Source: Chrysomallon squamiferum (lineage: Eukaryota; Animalia; Mollusca). Taken from it: a stretch of 64,000 bases of DNA. Below the pieces are notes generated by a model. The model ran no database searches. It was not told where the DNA came from and worked only from the letters and a program-made list of their open reading frames with translations. The translations under genes were made by a program, and so were the position numbers. Each line of letters opens with the position of its first letter. Within the stretch, counting starts at the first letter, position 1. This document shows, piece by piece, positions 30,989 through 40,349 of the stretch. The stretch is from NCBI GenBank assembly GCA_012295275.1, contig CM022677.1, positions 19,220,001 through 19,284,000 on the forward strand, written 5' to 3'.

Positions 30989-31754
30989 GCACACACACAC
31001 ACACAGACACACAACCAACCAACCAACCACACCTGGTGGTGGACAGGCTCTGATCATGCAAACTTGCTGATCTTCCGCTGTAACAGTTCCATAGCAAGGT
31101 CTGTCAGGAGTCGCCTGATTCGCTGGACAACCTTTGCTTCGAGTTCTCATTTTCGTGCCTTTCCACAAGTCTTGCTGCATTGACTATAGCTGCTCCATGC
31201 TCCCCAGCCTAAAATAAAATTAAAAAAAATAAAATCCTCAAGAAATAAACATTTATATTTGCATAGTTTAGTGATAGTTTTGCGATTTAAAATGAAAAAG
31301 GCAGAAATGAAAGTGTCGAATTTTGAATTAAAAATTAAGTTATTAATGACTGATTATAACTCTATTCATTTCTTAAATATTTAATATTGTTATTTCCTAT
31401 CCTACGATCTTGCAAAGTGAAAGTAATGTAAAGAAAACAGAGTTCAGTGCTTGTGGTGTTTGGAAATGAAACATATAATAATAACTATAACATAACTCTG
31501 TAAGTATTACCTGGTGGCGCACAAGGTTTAACTATACAAGCCTTGTGGTCCTCCTCTGTAACAGTTCCGTAACAATCCTGTGTACGTGTCGACCGATTCC
31601 TTGGACAGCCCTTCTTACGAATTCTCGTTTTCGTGCCCTTTCCACACGTTTTACTGCATTTACTATAAATGCTCCATGGTCCCCATCCTGCAATAGTCAA
31701 TAAGTTAATATAAAAAATAACCATGTGTATTTTATTGCATAATAATAATAATAA

Positions 31755-31801
<47 letters not shown>

Positions 31802-34104
31802 AAGAAAGAAACAGAGAAAAGAAAAGAAAATGATAAGCAAAATAGTCTAAATAAATTAGTAGCTGCATTTATGTCAATGTAGAATATCAAAATATATTCT
31901 CCATATAAAAATATAATAGTCAGTCTTGATATCTATATATTTATATACTTTGCTACACTTCCTGCCTTTTATTCATTGTTAGAGAAGGTTATTCTATTAC
32001 TGAAAATTAGACACTGACAACGCTTGAAATATTATTAATAATAATAATAATAATAATAGAAATAGTGGAAGTGTGCGCGTATGCACACACACACACGCAC
32101 GCACGCACACACACACACACACAGACACACAACCAACCAACCAACCACACCTGGTGGTAGACAGGCTCTGATCATGCAAGCTTGCTGATCTTCCGCTGTA
32201 ACAGTTCCATAGCAAGGTCTGTCAGGAGTCGCCTGATTCGCTGGACAACCTTTGCTTCGAGTTCTCATTTTCGTGCCTTCTCCACAAGTCTTGCTGCATT
32301 GACTATAGCTGCTCCATGCTCCCCAGCCTAAAATAAAATTAAAAAAAAAAAAACCTCAAGAAATAAACATTTATATTTGCATAGTTTAGTGATAGTTTTG
32401 CGATTTAAAAAAAAAAAAAGGCAAAAATGAATGTGTCGAATTTTTAATTAAAAATTAAGTTATTAATGCCGTTCCTTACTATAAGCTTTGAGTAGAAAAT
32501 CATGGAAGATACATCTTTCTTTTAAATATTATCTCGTTTTGTGATAATTAATAATTTTTACTTTGAACAAGTAAACTGTATACTTCACTGCATCGTCCCC
32601 AACCTGCAACAGGGGGTAAAACAATTTAGACGCAGCTAAGTACATTTGATGATGGTATTTTAGAACTAAAATGTTACAGAAAAAGAAACTAAAGTTAACA
32701 TTATCTTTTTTGTGCAATATCTGAAAATGCATCTCTGTAACAGGTGTTACAATGTTTTCAAGCCAACATCCCGTGTACATGCTCTTTCGATAAGATGCAA
32801 ATACTATTGTGTAATATTACATGTTCATAATGACAGAAATAAAAATGTAAAGACATAAAAACAATATTTATATATCAGGATTTATATCATAACTATATTT
32901 TAAAATCAGGCCTCATAGCTGAATATGTTTTACAGACTGAGTTTGTAAGGAAAATATTAATTATAGAAATCAGTTGATTAGAGATGATAGTTTACTAACA
33001 TTCTACAAAAGAAAACATGAAATTATAATTTTAAAATAACAAAATAAAATAATTTAATGTTTATATATGAACACTTCTTTCTCAGTACAGTACATTAGTT
33101 GTGAAATCAATGACGTCTGTGGTTGTATTGTTTAAAACAACAGAAACTGAACGTATACTTTGTAAGAGAAACAAACATTTCATGGAAATAACTGAAGTAC
33201 ACAATGTTTACCTGGTGGTGAACAAGCACTGATCCTACAAGATCGGTGATCTTCCTCTGTAACTACACCATAGCAAGGATTCGTAGGAGTCGCCTGATTC
33301 GTTGGACAACCTTTGCTTCGAGTTCTCATCTGTGTGCCTCTTCCACAAGTCTTGCTGCATTGACTGAATCTAGTCCATCGTCCCCAACCACCTTGCAATA
33401 CTAAATAATTTATTTTTATACTTTTTAATTTATTTATTTTTTATTATTTATTCATGTATTTATTTTAATAGAAAAGAACAAGTATTTTAATTGTAATACA
33501 AATATACGTAAAGGTAAATAGTGGACATACCGCTTGTTCGTTGCATACAAGCTCTTACAAAACACGTCTTGTAATCTTCCTGTGAAACTACACCATAGCA
33601 GGGATTTGTAGGAGTCGCCTGACTCACTGGACAACCTTTGCTGCGAGTTCTTACTTTCGTTCCCCTTCCACAAGTTTTACTGCACTGACTGAATTTACTC
33701 CATAGACCCCATTCTGCATAAACAGAACAATGTGATATTATTATATATATATATCAGTGGTCTCGCCAGCTTTTGTGAAAGGGATAGCGGAATCGGCGTA
33801 ACTGGTGCAACTTAAACGAAGGGATAGTACTAAAAATGTTCCGGGTACAAATAATTTGAAGAACATTCAAATTACTTGTTTATCAAAACTACTCCTACAA
33901 CTAATTGCGTCAAATGCATTAACTATTAACAAGTTTATTTTATTTGCAACTGAATAAGTCAGTGTCTGTTGCCGGCGAGTTTTGTCTGGTTGTTCTGTGA
34001 ACTATATTCTTCATATGAATATGTTTATACCAAATAATATACCTATACATACACACACGTATATATATACATATACATATATATATATATATTGTTTTGT
34101 ATCC

Positions 34105-34147
<43 letters not shown>

Positions 34148-34529
34148 GTTTGTGTCTGTGTGTGAAACGTGAGATCGTTTTCATTGCTCTGAAAGTAAAA
34201 AATCGCCACGCAGTATGATAATGACTATTTATGAGAATGTACGGCTATTAATAATAATTATTTTTATAATGGTGCGGATCGAAGGTCGAAGACAATGATT
34301 TAAAAAGTTGTTTATGTATCTTGGATAATAAACTTATTATACAGGTGCATATTCGAAAAGTTTTAGCGATCATTAAAATTCATGCGCAATAATTTATCCG
34401 CGCAGCGCCTGCTAAAGTAGACTTGATTAAGCAAGCATCGTGAGTTGCAACAAATTTCATAGGAATCCGTCCCTTTATAAATATAACCGTTGTCGCTTCC
34501 GATTACATCTATTTTGTTAGAGAGACAGA

Positions 34530-34622
<93 letters not shown>

Positions 34623-34902
34623 TTTCTTATTATTATTATTATTATTATTACTACTACAACTACTATTATTATTATTTTATGAGGATATTGGTGTAACAGA
34701 GGAATTGAATTTGATATCCTGAAGCGCAGGATAATAATTAGAAGAAGAAGTAGAAAAAGAAAAAAATAAAACTGATAAGGACAAGCGATTTTATTTATAA
34801 AAGTTTTTATATTAATTAATAATCATACTTACGTTCTTTAGCAGTCCCCTGCGCACATTCAGAGAGTGCTAGTAGCAGTAGTATAATTGGCAAAACGCTC
34901 AT
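1..34902 (-). CDS. Giant secreted thrombospondin type-1 repeat (TSR) protein gene: signal peptide plus ~60 single-exon TSRs; 3' end lies outside the window
   Basis: About 60 exons of 150-186 bp (mostly 177 bp), nearly all bounded by AG...GT in phase 1. Each translates to WxxW...CSKTCGxG...RxR...C...C...C...C. An in-phase signal-peptide exon lies upstream at 34833-34902. Confidence 0.9.
383..559 (-). CDS. TSR exon (177 bp)
   Basis: GWGPWGMFGRCSKTCGRGTKMRIRMKGC...CMIRPCSPS; CAG/GT, phase 1. Confidence 0.9.
1158..1328 (-). CDS. TSR exon (171 bp), not in the ORF track
   Basis: GWGEWSTFGECNVTCGNGHRTRTRQKGCPVDKATLKRSCYGIVTQEDHQPCVNRPCK; alternative in-frame acceptor 6 nt upstream. Confidence 0.88.
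1735..2036. repeat. ~150 bp tandem duplication carrying a dead 3' half of the 1956-2120 exon
   Basis: 1735-1885 matches 1886-2036; the duplicated half exon (~1804-1884) has its donor changed from GT to AT and has no acceptor. Confidence 0.85.
1956..2120 (-). CDS. Atypical TSR exon (165 bp)
   Basis: YRWWSAWTIFTDCTKTCGGGTHWRKRTYFCTPQPFCGRPITDIQHFKCNTQKCS; CAG/GT, phase 1. Confidence 0.85.
2766..2915 (-). CDS. Short TSR exon (150 bp, 7 Cys)
   Basis: WGSWGEFSECTQSCGCGTKKRIRKQKCESGAGFCATEEQIVRCNSIPCE; TAG/GT, phase 1. Confidence 0.85.
3281..3466 (-). CDS. Atypical TSR exon (186 bp) with CSVTCG
   Basis: VTPWKTILRGACSVTCGTGFRFLAQKRFCLLVNGSSMYGCPEERNPVRYVLQKCVKQLPCI; CAG/GT, phase 1. Confidence 0.85.
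3930..4103 (-). CDS. TSR exon (174 bp)
   Basis: GWGPWGMYSQCSKTCGKG...CIAGPCPP; donor GTAAG. Confidence 0.9.
4595..4771 (-). CDS. TSR exon (177 bp)
   Basis: GWGRWSIYSQCSKTCGTG...CIVKACPPP; AG/GT, phase 1. Confidence 0.9.
4895..5071 (-). CDS. TSR exon (177 bp)
   Basis: GWGPWGLFTQCSKTCGKG...CIAEQCPPP; AG/GT, phase 1. Confidence 0.9.
5466..5642 (-). CDS. TSR exon (177 bp)
   Basis: GWSQWGPFGKCSKTCAKG...CTDKPCPPP; AG/GT, phase 1. Confidence 0.9.
6218..6394 (-). CDS. TSR exon (177 bp) with GC donor
   Basis: GWEIWGRFSKCSKTCGKG...CITQACPPP; donor CAG|GCAAGT (GC-AG intron consensus). Confidence 0.85.
6978..7154 (-). CDS. TSR exon (177 bp)
   Basis: VWGYWGAFSKCSKTCGKG...CIVRPCPPP. Confidence 0.9.
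7434..7610 (-). CDS. TSR exon (177 bp)
   Basis: GWGQWSQFSRCSKTCGMG...CIARPCPPP. Confidence 0.9.
7858..8034 (-). CDS. TSR exon (177 bp) with weak GC donor
   Basis: GWGSWSTFSSCSKTCGSG...CIDRPCSPP is intact; donor is CAG|GCAAAA. Confidence 0.75.
8471..8647 (-). CDS. TSR exon (177 bp)
   Basis: GWGKWSPFSKCNKSCGKG...CILKPCPPP. Confidence 0.9.
9033..9209 (-). CDS. TSR exon (177 bp)
   Basis: EWGPWGKYSPCSSTCGGG...CIVEACPPP. Confidence 0.9.
10591..10764 (-). CDS. TSR exon (174 bp)
   Basis: GWGLWGAYSLCSKTCGKG...CIDEPCRQ. Confidence 0.88.
11001..11177 (-). CDS. TSR exon (177 bp), GAG acceptor
   Basis: GWRAWSTFTKCSKTCGKG...CLVKACPAP is intact; acceptor is the rare GAG. Confidence 0.75.
11298..11473 (-). 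pseudogene. Dead A-type TSR exon
   Basis: 1-bp deletion near 11348 relative to the A consensus, and the GT donor is lost. Confidence 0.8.
11630..11806 (-). CDS. B-type TSR exon, AAG acceptor
   Basis: B consensus, ends CASL; acceptor gttgaag. Confidence 0.7.
12430..12606 (-). CDS. B-type TSR exon
   Basis: GWGRWGSYSQCSKTCGRGTKVRTRSKGCPVSQSTPSSPCYGIVSQEDRKSCIAQRCPPS. Confidence 0.85.
12886..13062 (-). pseudogene. Degenerate A/B-mosaic TSR exon (pseudo-exon or consensus artefact)
   Basis: WELWHTYNQCSKTCGSGTKVRTRCKT then in-frame TGA (12980-12982); no AG at the standard position; GC donor. Confidence 0.7.
13210..13386 (-). CDS. B-type TSR exon
   Basis: 177 bp, AG/GT, B consensus. Confidence 0.85.
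13896..27272 (-). CDS. 15 near-identical A-type TSR exons (177 bp each)
   Basis: Consensus GWGAWGPYTQCSKTCGNGTKVRTRSKGCPASQSTSTKACYGVVTE(E/D)DRKACMAKPCPPP at 13896-14072, 14721-14897, 15679-15855, 16511-16687, 17383-17559, 18224-18400, 19443-19619, 20451-20627, 21320-21496, 22330-22506, 23309-23485, 24166-24342, 25202-25378, 26058-26234, 27096-27272. Confidence 0.88.
14233..27605 (-). CDS. 15 near-identical B/C-type TSR exons alternating with the A exons
   Basis: B (GWGRWGSYSQ...CIAQRCAPS) at 14233-14409, 15058-15234, 16016-16192, 16848-17024, 17720-17896, 18562-18739 (+1 nt), 19780-19956, 21653-21830 (+1 nt), 22667-22843, 24499-24675, 26393-26569. C variant (GWG(Q/H)WSIYS.., different upstream intron) at 20787-20963, 23646-23822, 25535-25711, 27429-27605. 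Confidence 0.88.
15511..15710. repeat. 100-bp tandem duplication leaving an orphan donor and the last 32 nt of an A exon (15579-15610)
   Basis: atttcagagt...catgcaagcc occurs twice at exactly 100-bp spacing. Confidence 0.85.
27738..27914 (-). CDS. B-like TSR exon at the edge of the homogenised block
   Basis: GWGRWGQYSQCSKTCGRG...CIAQRCPPP; distinct downstream intron. Confidence 0.88.
30391..30567 (-). CDS. D-type TSR exon
   Basis: GWGPWSIYSKCSKTCGKGTKTRIRKKGCPRNRSTRTQACYGTVSEEDHQACIVKPCAPP. Confidence 0.88.
31033..31208 (-). CDS. E-type TSR exon with a 1-bp deletion (176 bp)
   Basis: Splice sites intact; one base missing near 31160 relative to its twin at 32151-32327. Confidence 0.6.
31511..31687 (-). 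CDS. D-type TSR exon
   Basis: Twin of 30391-30567; intact, 177 bp. Confidence 0.88.
32151..32327 (-). CDS. E-type TSR exon
   Basis: GWGAWSSYSQCSKTCGEGTKMRTRSKGCPANQATPDRPCYGTVTAEDQQACMIRACLPP. Confidence 0.88.
32586..32612 (-). pseudogene. Remnant of a deleted TSR exon (acceptor plus GWGR)
   Basis: ctgttgcag|GT TGG GGA CGA TG matches array acceptors and exon starts, then homology stops. Confidence 0.6.
33212..33391 (-). CDS. TSR exon (180 bp), AAG acceptor
   Basis: GGWGRWTRFSQCSKTCGRG...CRISACSPP; acceptor attgcaag lies 3 nt upstream of the usual position. Confidence 0.8.
33531..33713 (-). CDS. First TSR exon (183 bp)
   Basis: WGLWSKFSQCSKTCGRGTKVRTRSKGCPVSQATPTNPCYGVVSQEDYKTCFVRACMQRTS; CAG acceptor, GTATG donor. 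Confidence 0.88.
34833..34902 (-). CDS. Signal-peptide exon of the TSR gene
   Basis: ttttgcag|ATG...GAA C|GTAAGT encodes MSVLPIILLLLALSECAQGTAKE: hydrophobic core, A-Q-G cleavage motif, and a phase-1 donor matching the TSR exons. Confidence 0.85.
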
Positions 34903-37159
34903 CTGCAAAACATGAACAATAATATCTTATTAAAATGGATATTTTATTTGCGTGTATGCGTACATGTATGATTTTATATATATATATGCCTGTGTCAGTC
35001 TCAATATGTTTATTTAAAATGGGACTCAAGAAATAAAATGAAAATGACAACTTCGGTAAACCGTTATGTAATGGCGTTTTATTTTATGTAATAATACTTT
35101 ACAATCTAAATCAGTATGTTACAGCTCAAAATATATTAATAACTATGCCAAACTAAATAATGTCACTTGATTATTGCTTTTATAATTGTCGTAATTCTGA
35201 ATACTGCTTTAATATTAATGTTCCCCTACATGTACTGAACCTCACTGTGGTGTAGGGGTGGCAACATTTCCATTGGAAATGGCTAATCAGTACAGTTCTC
35301 ATTTCTCGTTAAAGCTATTGTTGTGTGTGGGTGCATTGTTGGTCCTAAAGTGATTCTAGCCAACAGGATCCTGATGGCTGAGTTTAACATATAGCAGCTT
35401 TCGAGTTGCAGGGCTCTAATATGTATGCAAAAACTGCAGTGTTGTGCCATGGTTATCTCTTCTACGTATTAAAATTTTAGTTTTTATTTACACAGGTATT
35501 CAACAGCACACCAGTTTGTCTTTTAGTTCATCTAGACAGGAGGTTAAGTTGGCTGATCATGACAAGCTCAAGAGTGATCTCTGTCAAGACAGTTTTCAAG
35601 TGCGGAGCCAGGTCCTAGTAATACCCATTCAAGAAATGATAGCAGACACACAAATGTTCAAACAAGGATTGTTATTCGGGACGATTCAGGAAGAATAAGC
35701 TATTATCGATCCCGACTAGCGATTGTTTGTTTTTCGTCCTTGGTTGTTGATGATATTGACCACCTTCTATTTCTAAATCTCCCGTATTTTTCCTATAATG
35801 GCTAATAAATGTATTCACTGGACATGTTGTTTTGGCTGAGGCCAAAACAAAATTGGATGAAGTAAGTCTCTTTTGATTCAAAATAAATATAATCCTATTG
35901 CAGTTTCTCTTAGGAAACATTTTTGAAGGAAACTGACCTCTATCATAAATTCAGTAAAGCTGAAGATGTAGTTTCTGCCCAAATATAGCTCAATTAAATA
36001 CTAATTTACAGCTGTTGCTGGAGAGATATCAACTCACAAAACTACAAGTACACCATCCATTTTCCGGCTTTCTTGATTCCAAAGCCTTGCCTGATAAACC
36101 ATTTTGCCAGACAAACAGTGTCACGTAATACTAATTCATCAACACACCTCTAACCTATCAAGTGTGCATCTCTCTTGTGTCTGAAGTATGCCGTGGACTG
36201 TTAGAAATTTAAATTAAGGAAATAGTAAATGTAAATTAAATAAATAAATGAAATATAGCTGCTTGTACAACGTTACATTTTCTTTCCTTCTTTGTATCAT
36301 AAACAGTCGATAAACCAATAATGTAGATGTCACACAGCTCGTACATAGATAAGAGAGGGTAACAAGTCGTCTTGCAGAAATCATGTCCTTGGGGTAGATT
36401 TCTCAAATTTCAGGTAACTCAGTCTGGAACAGAATTCGTAAGATCAAGGGGAAAAACATTCCAGTAAAACTATTCATCACTTGTCTGCTGATGAAACAAA
36501 TGTTACCTCTGATTCTACCACAGCCAGTTCTGTGCAGATGCTTACCTCGTTGTCAAAAAATAAAGCTATAAAGCAATCTTTTGACTTTAAATCTGGAAGT
36601 ACTGAGATATACAACATGTTATACGGGATGCTCTTTGCAGTTCCCACGAATCCGCAGTAACCCACGACAACCTTTCAAATATTTACATGAACCTTAAACA
36701 TCCATTATTTTTACACACTCACTTTCGTGTCTCCAGTCTTTACTCACACAATGCGAGGTCAGGTACATCCCTTAATTGGGTTGGTGATACGAAAATGTAT
36801 CTTTTTTTTATCGTCTGTTGTATTTTTGGGGGTACCCAATTATTTGAATAGAAGTGTCAATGAAAAGGCAGATCTAGCTGCTAATACAGATTTTCATTTC
36901 ATCCATATCTTATTTTCAATTATTTTTAAAAGCCAATGCATTTTATAAGACATTTTAAAAGTATTATCATAGCTGTATTTTTTATTTTTTCAATATTTTG
37001 TATTTACTGTAAAATATGCAATTTAGACTTATTTATTGTAAAATAGTATTTTATTTTGATTTGAGAGATTCCCAATAGCAAATCATATCTCTGAGTATTT
37101 AAATAAATATATAAATAGATATCAATGTTATAATAATAAGTATTATTCAGCTAACAAAC

Positions 37160-37570
37160 GATGTAATTATGAAAGATATTTTACTATGAAGTAATTGCGA
37201 ATATAATTAATAATTATCACGCTAATAATACTTTAATAACTATCTTGTAATTACGAATATTACTGCCATGGCATTGCGAATATAAATTTAACATCAAAAA
37301 TGTAATTACTAACACTAAGTTGGCAACTATGATTTAATAACCAATATTATGATTATGATGTATATACTATTTAAGATCGTGGGTGTGACTATGAATAACG
37401 TTTTACTCTCAGGCAATTACAAATATTACATTGATAACTATGATCTAATTATGAATATTACATTAATGACTATGATGTAATTATGAACAATACATTAATA
37501 ACTATGATCTAATTACGAATATTACATTAATAACTATGATTTTAATTACGAATATTACTCTATAAATGAC
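37160..37570. repeat. Degenerate ~31-bp minisatellite
   Basis: Unit aattacgaatattacattaataactatgat(c/g)t; clearest over 37415-37560. Confidence 0.75.
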
Positions 37571-37675
37571 TATTATTTTGATAACCATCCCATAATTGTG
37601 AATATGCTTTTTACCCATAGTGACTGCTTATTAACTGACTATTACAAAACAGCAGAAGTTACAAAGAGTGCTTAC

Positions 37676-37741
37676 CTTATGAGCATCTTCGATTCCCTGG
37701 AAGCTGAATGCTTGTGGTCAGAGAGTCAGTACCTTTTTATG
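37676..37741 (-). promoter_or_regulatory. Candidate core promoter and short non-coding first exon of the TSR gene
   Basis: CATAAAAAG about 30 nt before an initiator-like CATTCAGCTT, then a strong donor AAG|GTAAG at 37676; the signal exon begins right after an acceptor, so an upstream exon is expected. Confidence 0.35.
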
Positions 37742-40349
37742 CATTTCTGTCCTAACGTCAGCATGCATTGCGCAACAACAAAAACAACACATAAATTCAA
37801 ATTCGATTTTTCAAAGATAAAAACTGACATTTTTTTTAGCAGTTTGTTTATGCAACAGATGAGTAATGGAGTTCATTTTGCTCTATGTGTTCGTGGGACA
37901 GTTAGATGAAAGAGAGAAAGATGGAGTAAAGGAGAGGTGAATGTGTTCAAGGCAGAAAGAGAGAGGGAGAGGGAGGTATAATAAAGTGTACAAAGGTCGT
38001 GTTTACGCGAGACGGGCATAATTTCGTCTTTTCTTTTCTCTCTAGGTTTTATTTTTTTTCGTTTTCGTTTGTTTTTTTTTTTTTTTTTATTATATTTAAT
38101 TTGTTTTTGTTATTCTACCTGTTGTTGTTCTTGTGTGTTTTTGTGCTTTTTTGGTTGTTTATTTATATTTATGCATATTTCATTATTTTCATTGTTGTTT
38201 CTTGTTAATTTGTTTTATTTTACACGTTTATTTCTTTCAACTACTGGTTCTTTTTGTTTTTCTTGTTCTTTTTCTTGTTGTTTATTTTGTTTTATTTTTA
38301 TTTATGTATTTATTTATTATTATTTTAAATATATATATACACACGTACACTCACACATGTCTGTTTGAGTGTTTCTGTTTGTATATTATTATTCATAATT
38401 CATAACGTTATCAAGTACATTTTATCTGACAAACTTATCTTTAACACAACATACGGATGTGTGATAAATAATAACAACGACATTTAAACTTATAAGGCAC
38501 TCGAATAGGATCATCGAAATAACATAAACAGTAAAAATGTAAAACATTTCAAAATTGATGATGATCGGTTCACCTGCCTTTGTTAAATAAATACGTAAGT
38601 CAGTGTGTGCTTGTAGTTCATTTTGTCTCATACCTTTCTGCTTCACACATATATTTTGTTTCTTGTTAATTTTGTTTCACATCTTTGTGTTTGTGTGTGT
38701 GTGTTTCTTTTTAATTTTGTATCGCATCTTTGTATTTGTGTGTTTTCTCTTTAATTCGTTTCAGACGTTTTTGTTACTTTTTAATTTTCTCTCACATCCT
38801 TGATTGTGCGATTTCGTGTTAATTTTGAATCGAAATTATTGTGTGTGTTTCTGTTAAATTTCTTACACATCTTTGTTTATTTCTGTTTCTAGTTAAATTC
38901 TCTCAGACGTGTGTGTGTGTGTGTGTGTGTGTTTCATGGCAAATTATTACTATCATTATTATTATTTATTTTGTTCTTCATCTAGTTTGTTTTATTTATA
39001 TTTTTATTTTATTTTATTTTATTTTATTTATTTATATATCTATTTGTGTGTTTGTTGGTTATACTCTCTCTCTCTCTCTCTTTGTCCCCTATCTTTTTCC
39101 AATCTCAGTTTCTTTCTATATTTACAACACAAACACACAGACGAACACACACACAGAAACGCACAACCGTGTATTCTGAATAACTGAAATTTTTGAATAT
39201 TTATGTTAATAAACATAAAATATCCGTATTATCTAAAAATGTTTACACTATACATACATACATACATACATAAACGTATCGATTTTGTTTCGAGCTAAGC
39301 TTTCTCCTACTGCTCTGTGTACGTGGCTATGCATGTCTTTATTTGTCATCTTCATTTTTTTATTTGTTCTTGTTATTTTGTTTCGTATGTCTGTCTACCA
39401 GCAGGTACATACATCTATCCAGTTACATGGTTTATGCCTGCAAAGGTTAAAAACAAACAACTGACATAAACAGTGACAGGTGTGAATGTTTATCTGACCA
39501 GTGCAAACCATCAAATGTTTCGTAGAACTTTTAGTTCACATCTTTGTAATAATAATAACAGTAGTGATATTATGATGATGATGATAATGATAAATAAATA
39601 ATAATAACAACAACAGGAGCTACGATGACGGTGATAATAATATTAATATTGATGATGATCATGATGATAATGAGAGTAATAACAATATTAATAACGATGA
39701 CAAGAAATATAATAATAATAATAACAACAACCTCGACTACGATGACAACGATAATCATGGTAATATTAATGATAATAATAATTAATTTTTATAATTATAA
39801 TTATAACTATTTAAGAGATGATTACACACACATAATTATATAATTATATGTTTGCGTGTGTGTGTTGTTCTCACTTCTATTGTTATTATTATTCGTGTTG
39901 TTGTTGTCGTTGTTCTTTTATTTGTTTGGTTATTTATTTATTTATTTATTTTCTGTTTCAATACTAACCTTTTAAATTATATTTGCTATTTTATTATTTG
40001 TTTTAATGACTGTTAAAACTGTTGGAAACGTGTGTGTGTGTGTGTATGCATTTGTGCGTGTGCATATGTGTGTGTGTTTGCTATCAAACGTATCATCTCA
40101 AAGTAAGTGTATTTTTGCTGCAGCTAAAAACAAGCCACATGGGAAAACAAAGGTAGTGAAATGTTTTCTTTTGAATGTTTTCATAAACGTTTCCTTTTTT
40201 CCTATAAACTCCATAGCTGTTTACTGTTCTTTGTGAAATAAAACCCGACAAGACAAATGAATTTCATAAAAAGCTATATAAATAGTGTATATATATATAA
40301 ATAAATAAATAAATATTTAAAAAAATAAAGGAAACAAAGTATGCACGCA

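Larger units (their letters stand above)
30231..32467. repeat. 1,120-bp tandem duplication of a two-exon (D+E) unit
   Basis: tgattataactctattcatt starts both copies (30231 and 31351); introns near identical. Confidence 0.9.

Noticed and set aside
33755-33850. CAGTGGTCTCGCCAGC after (TA)n, resembling a DNA-transposon terminus
   Set aside because: No matching inverted terminus or transposase was found in the window
1-34902. Assigning SCO-spondin, hemicentin, ADAMTS, properdin or semaphorin-5 as the gene name
   Set aside because: No vWD, LDLa, Ig, metalloprotease or Sema exons are seen between the signal peptide and the TSRs, and the module count does not fit
35200-36950. Microsatellite-free stretch with several 60-85 aa ORFs
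   Set aside because: No recognisable motifs or consistent exon structure; it may be an old TE relic, but this is not demonstrable
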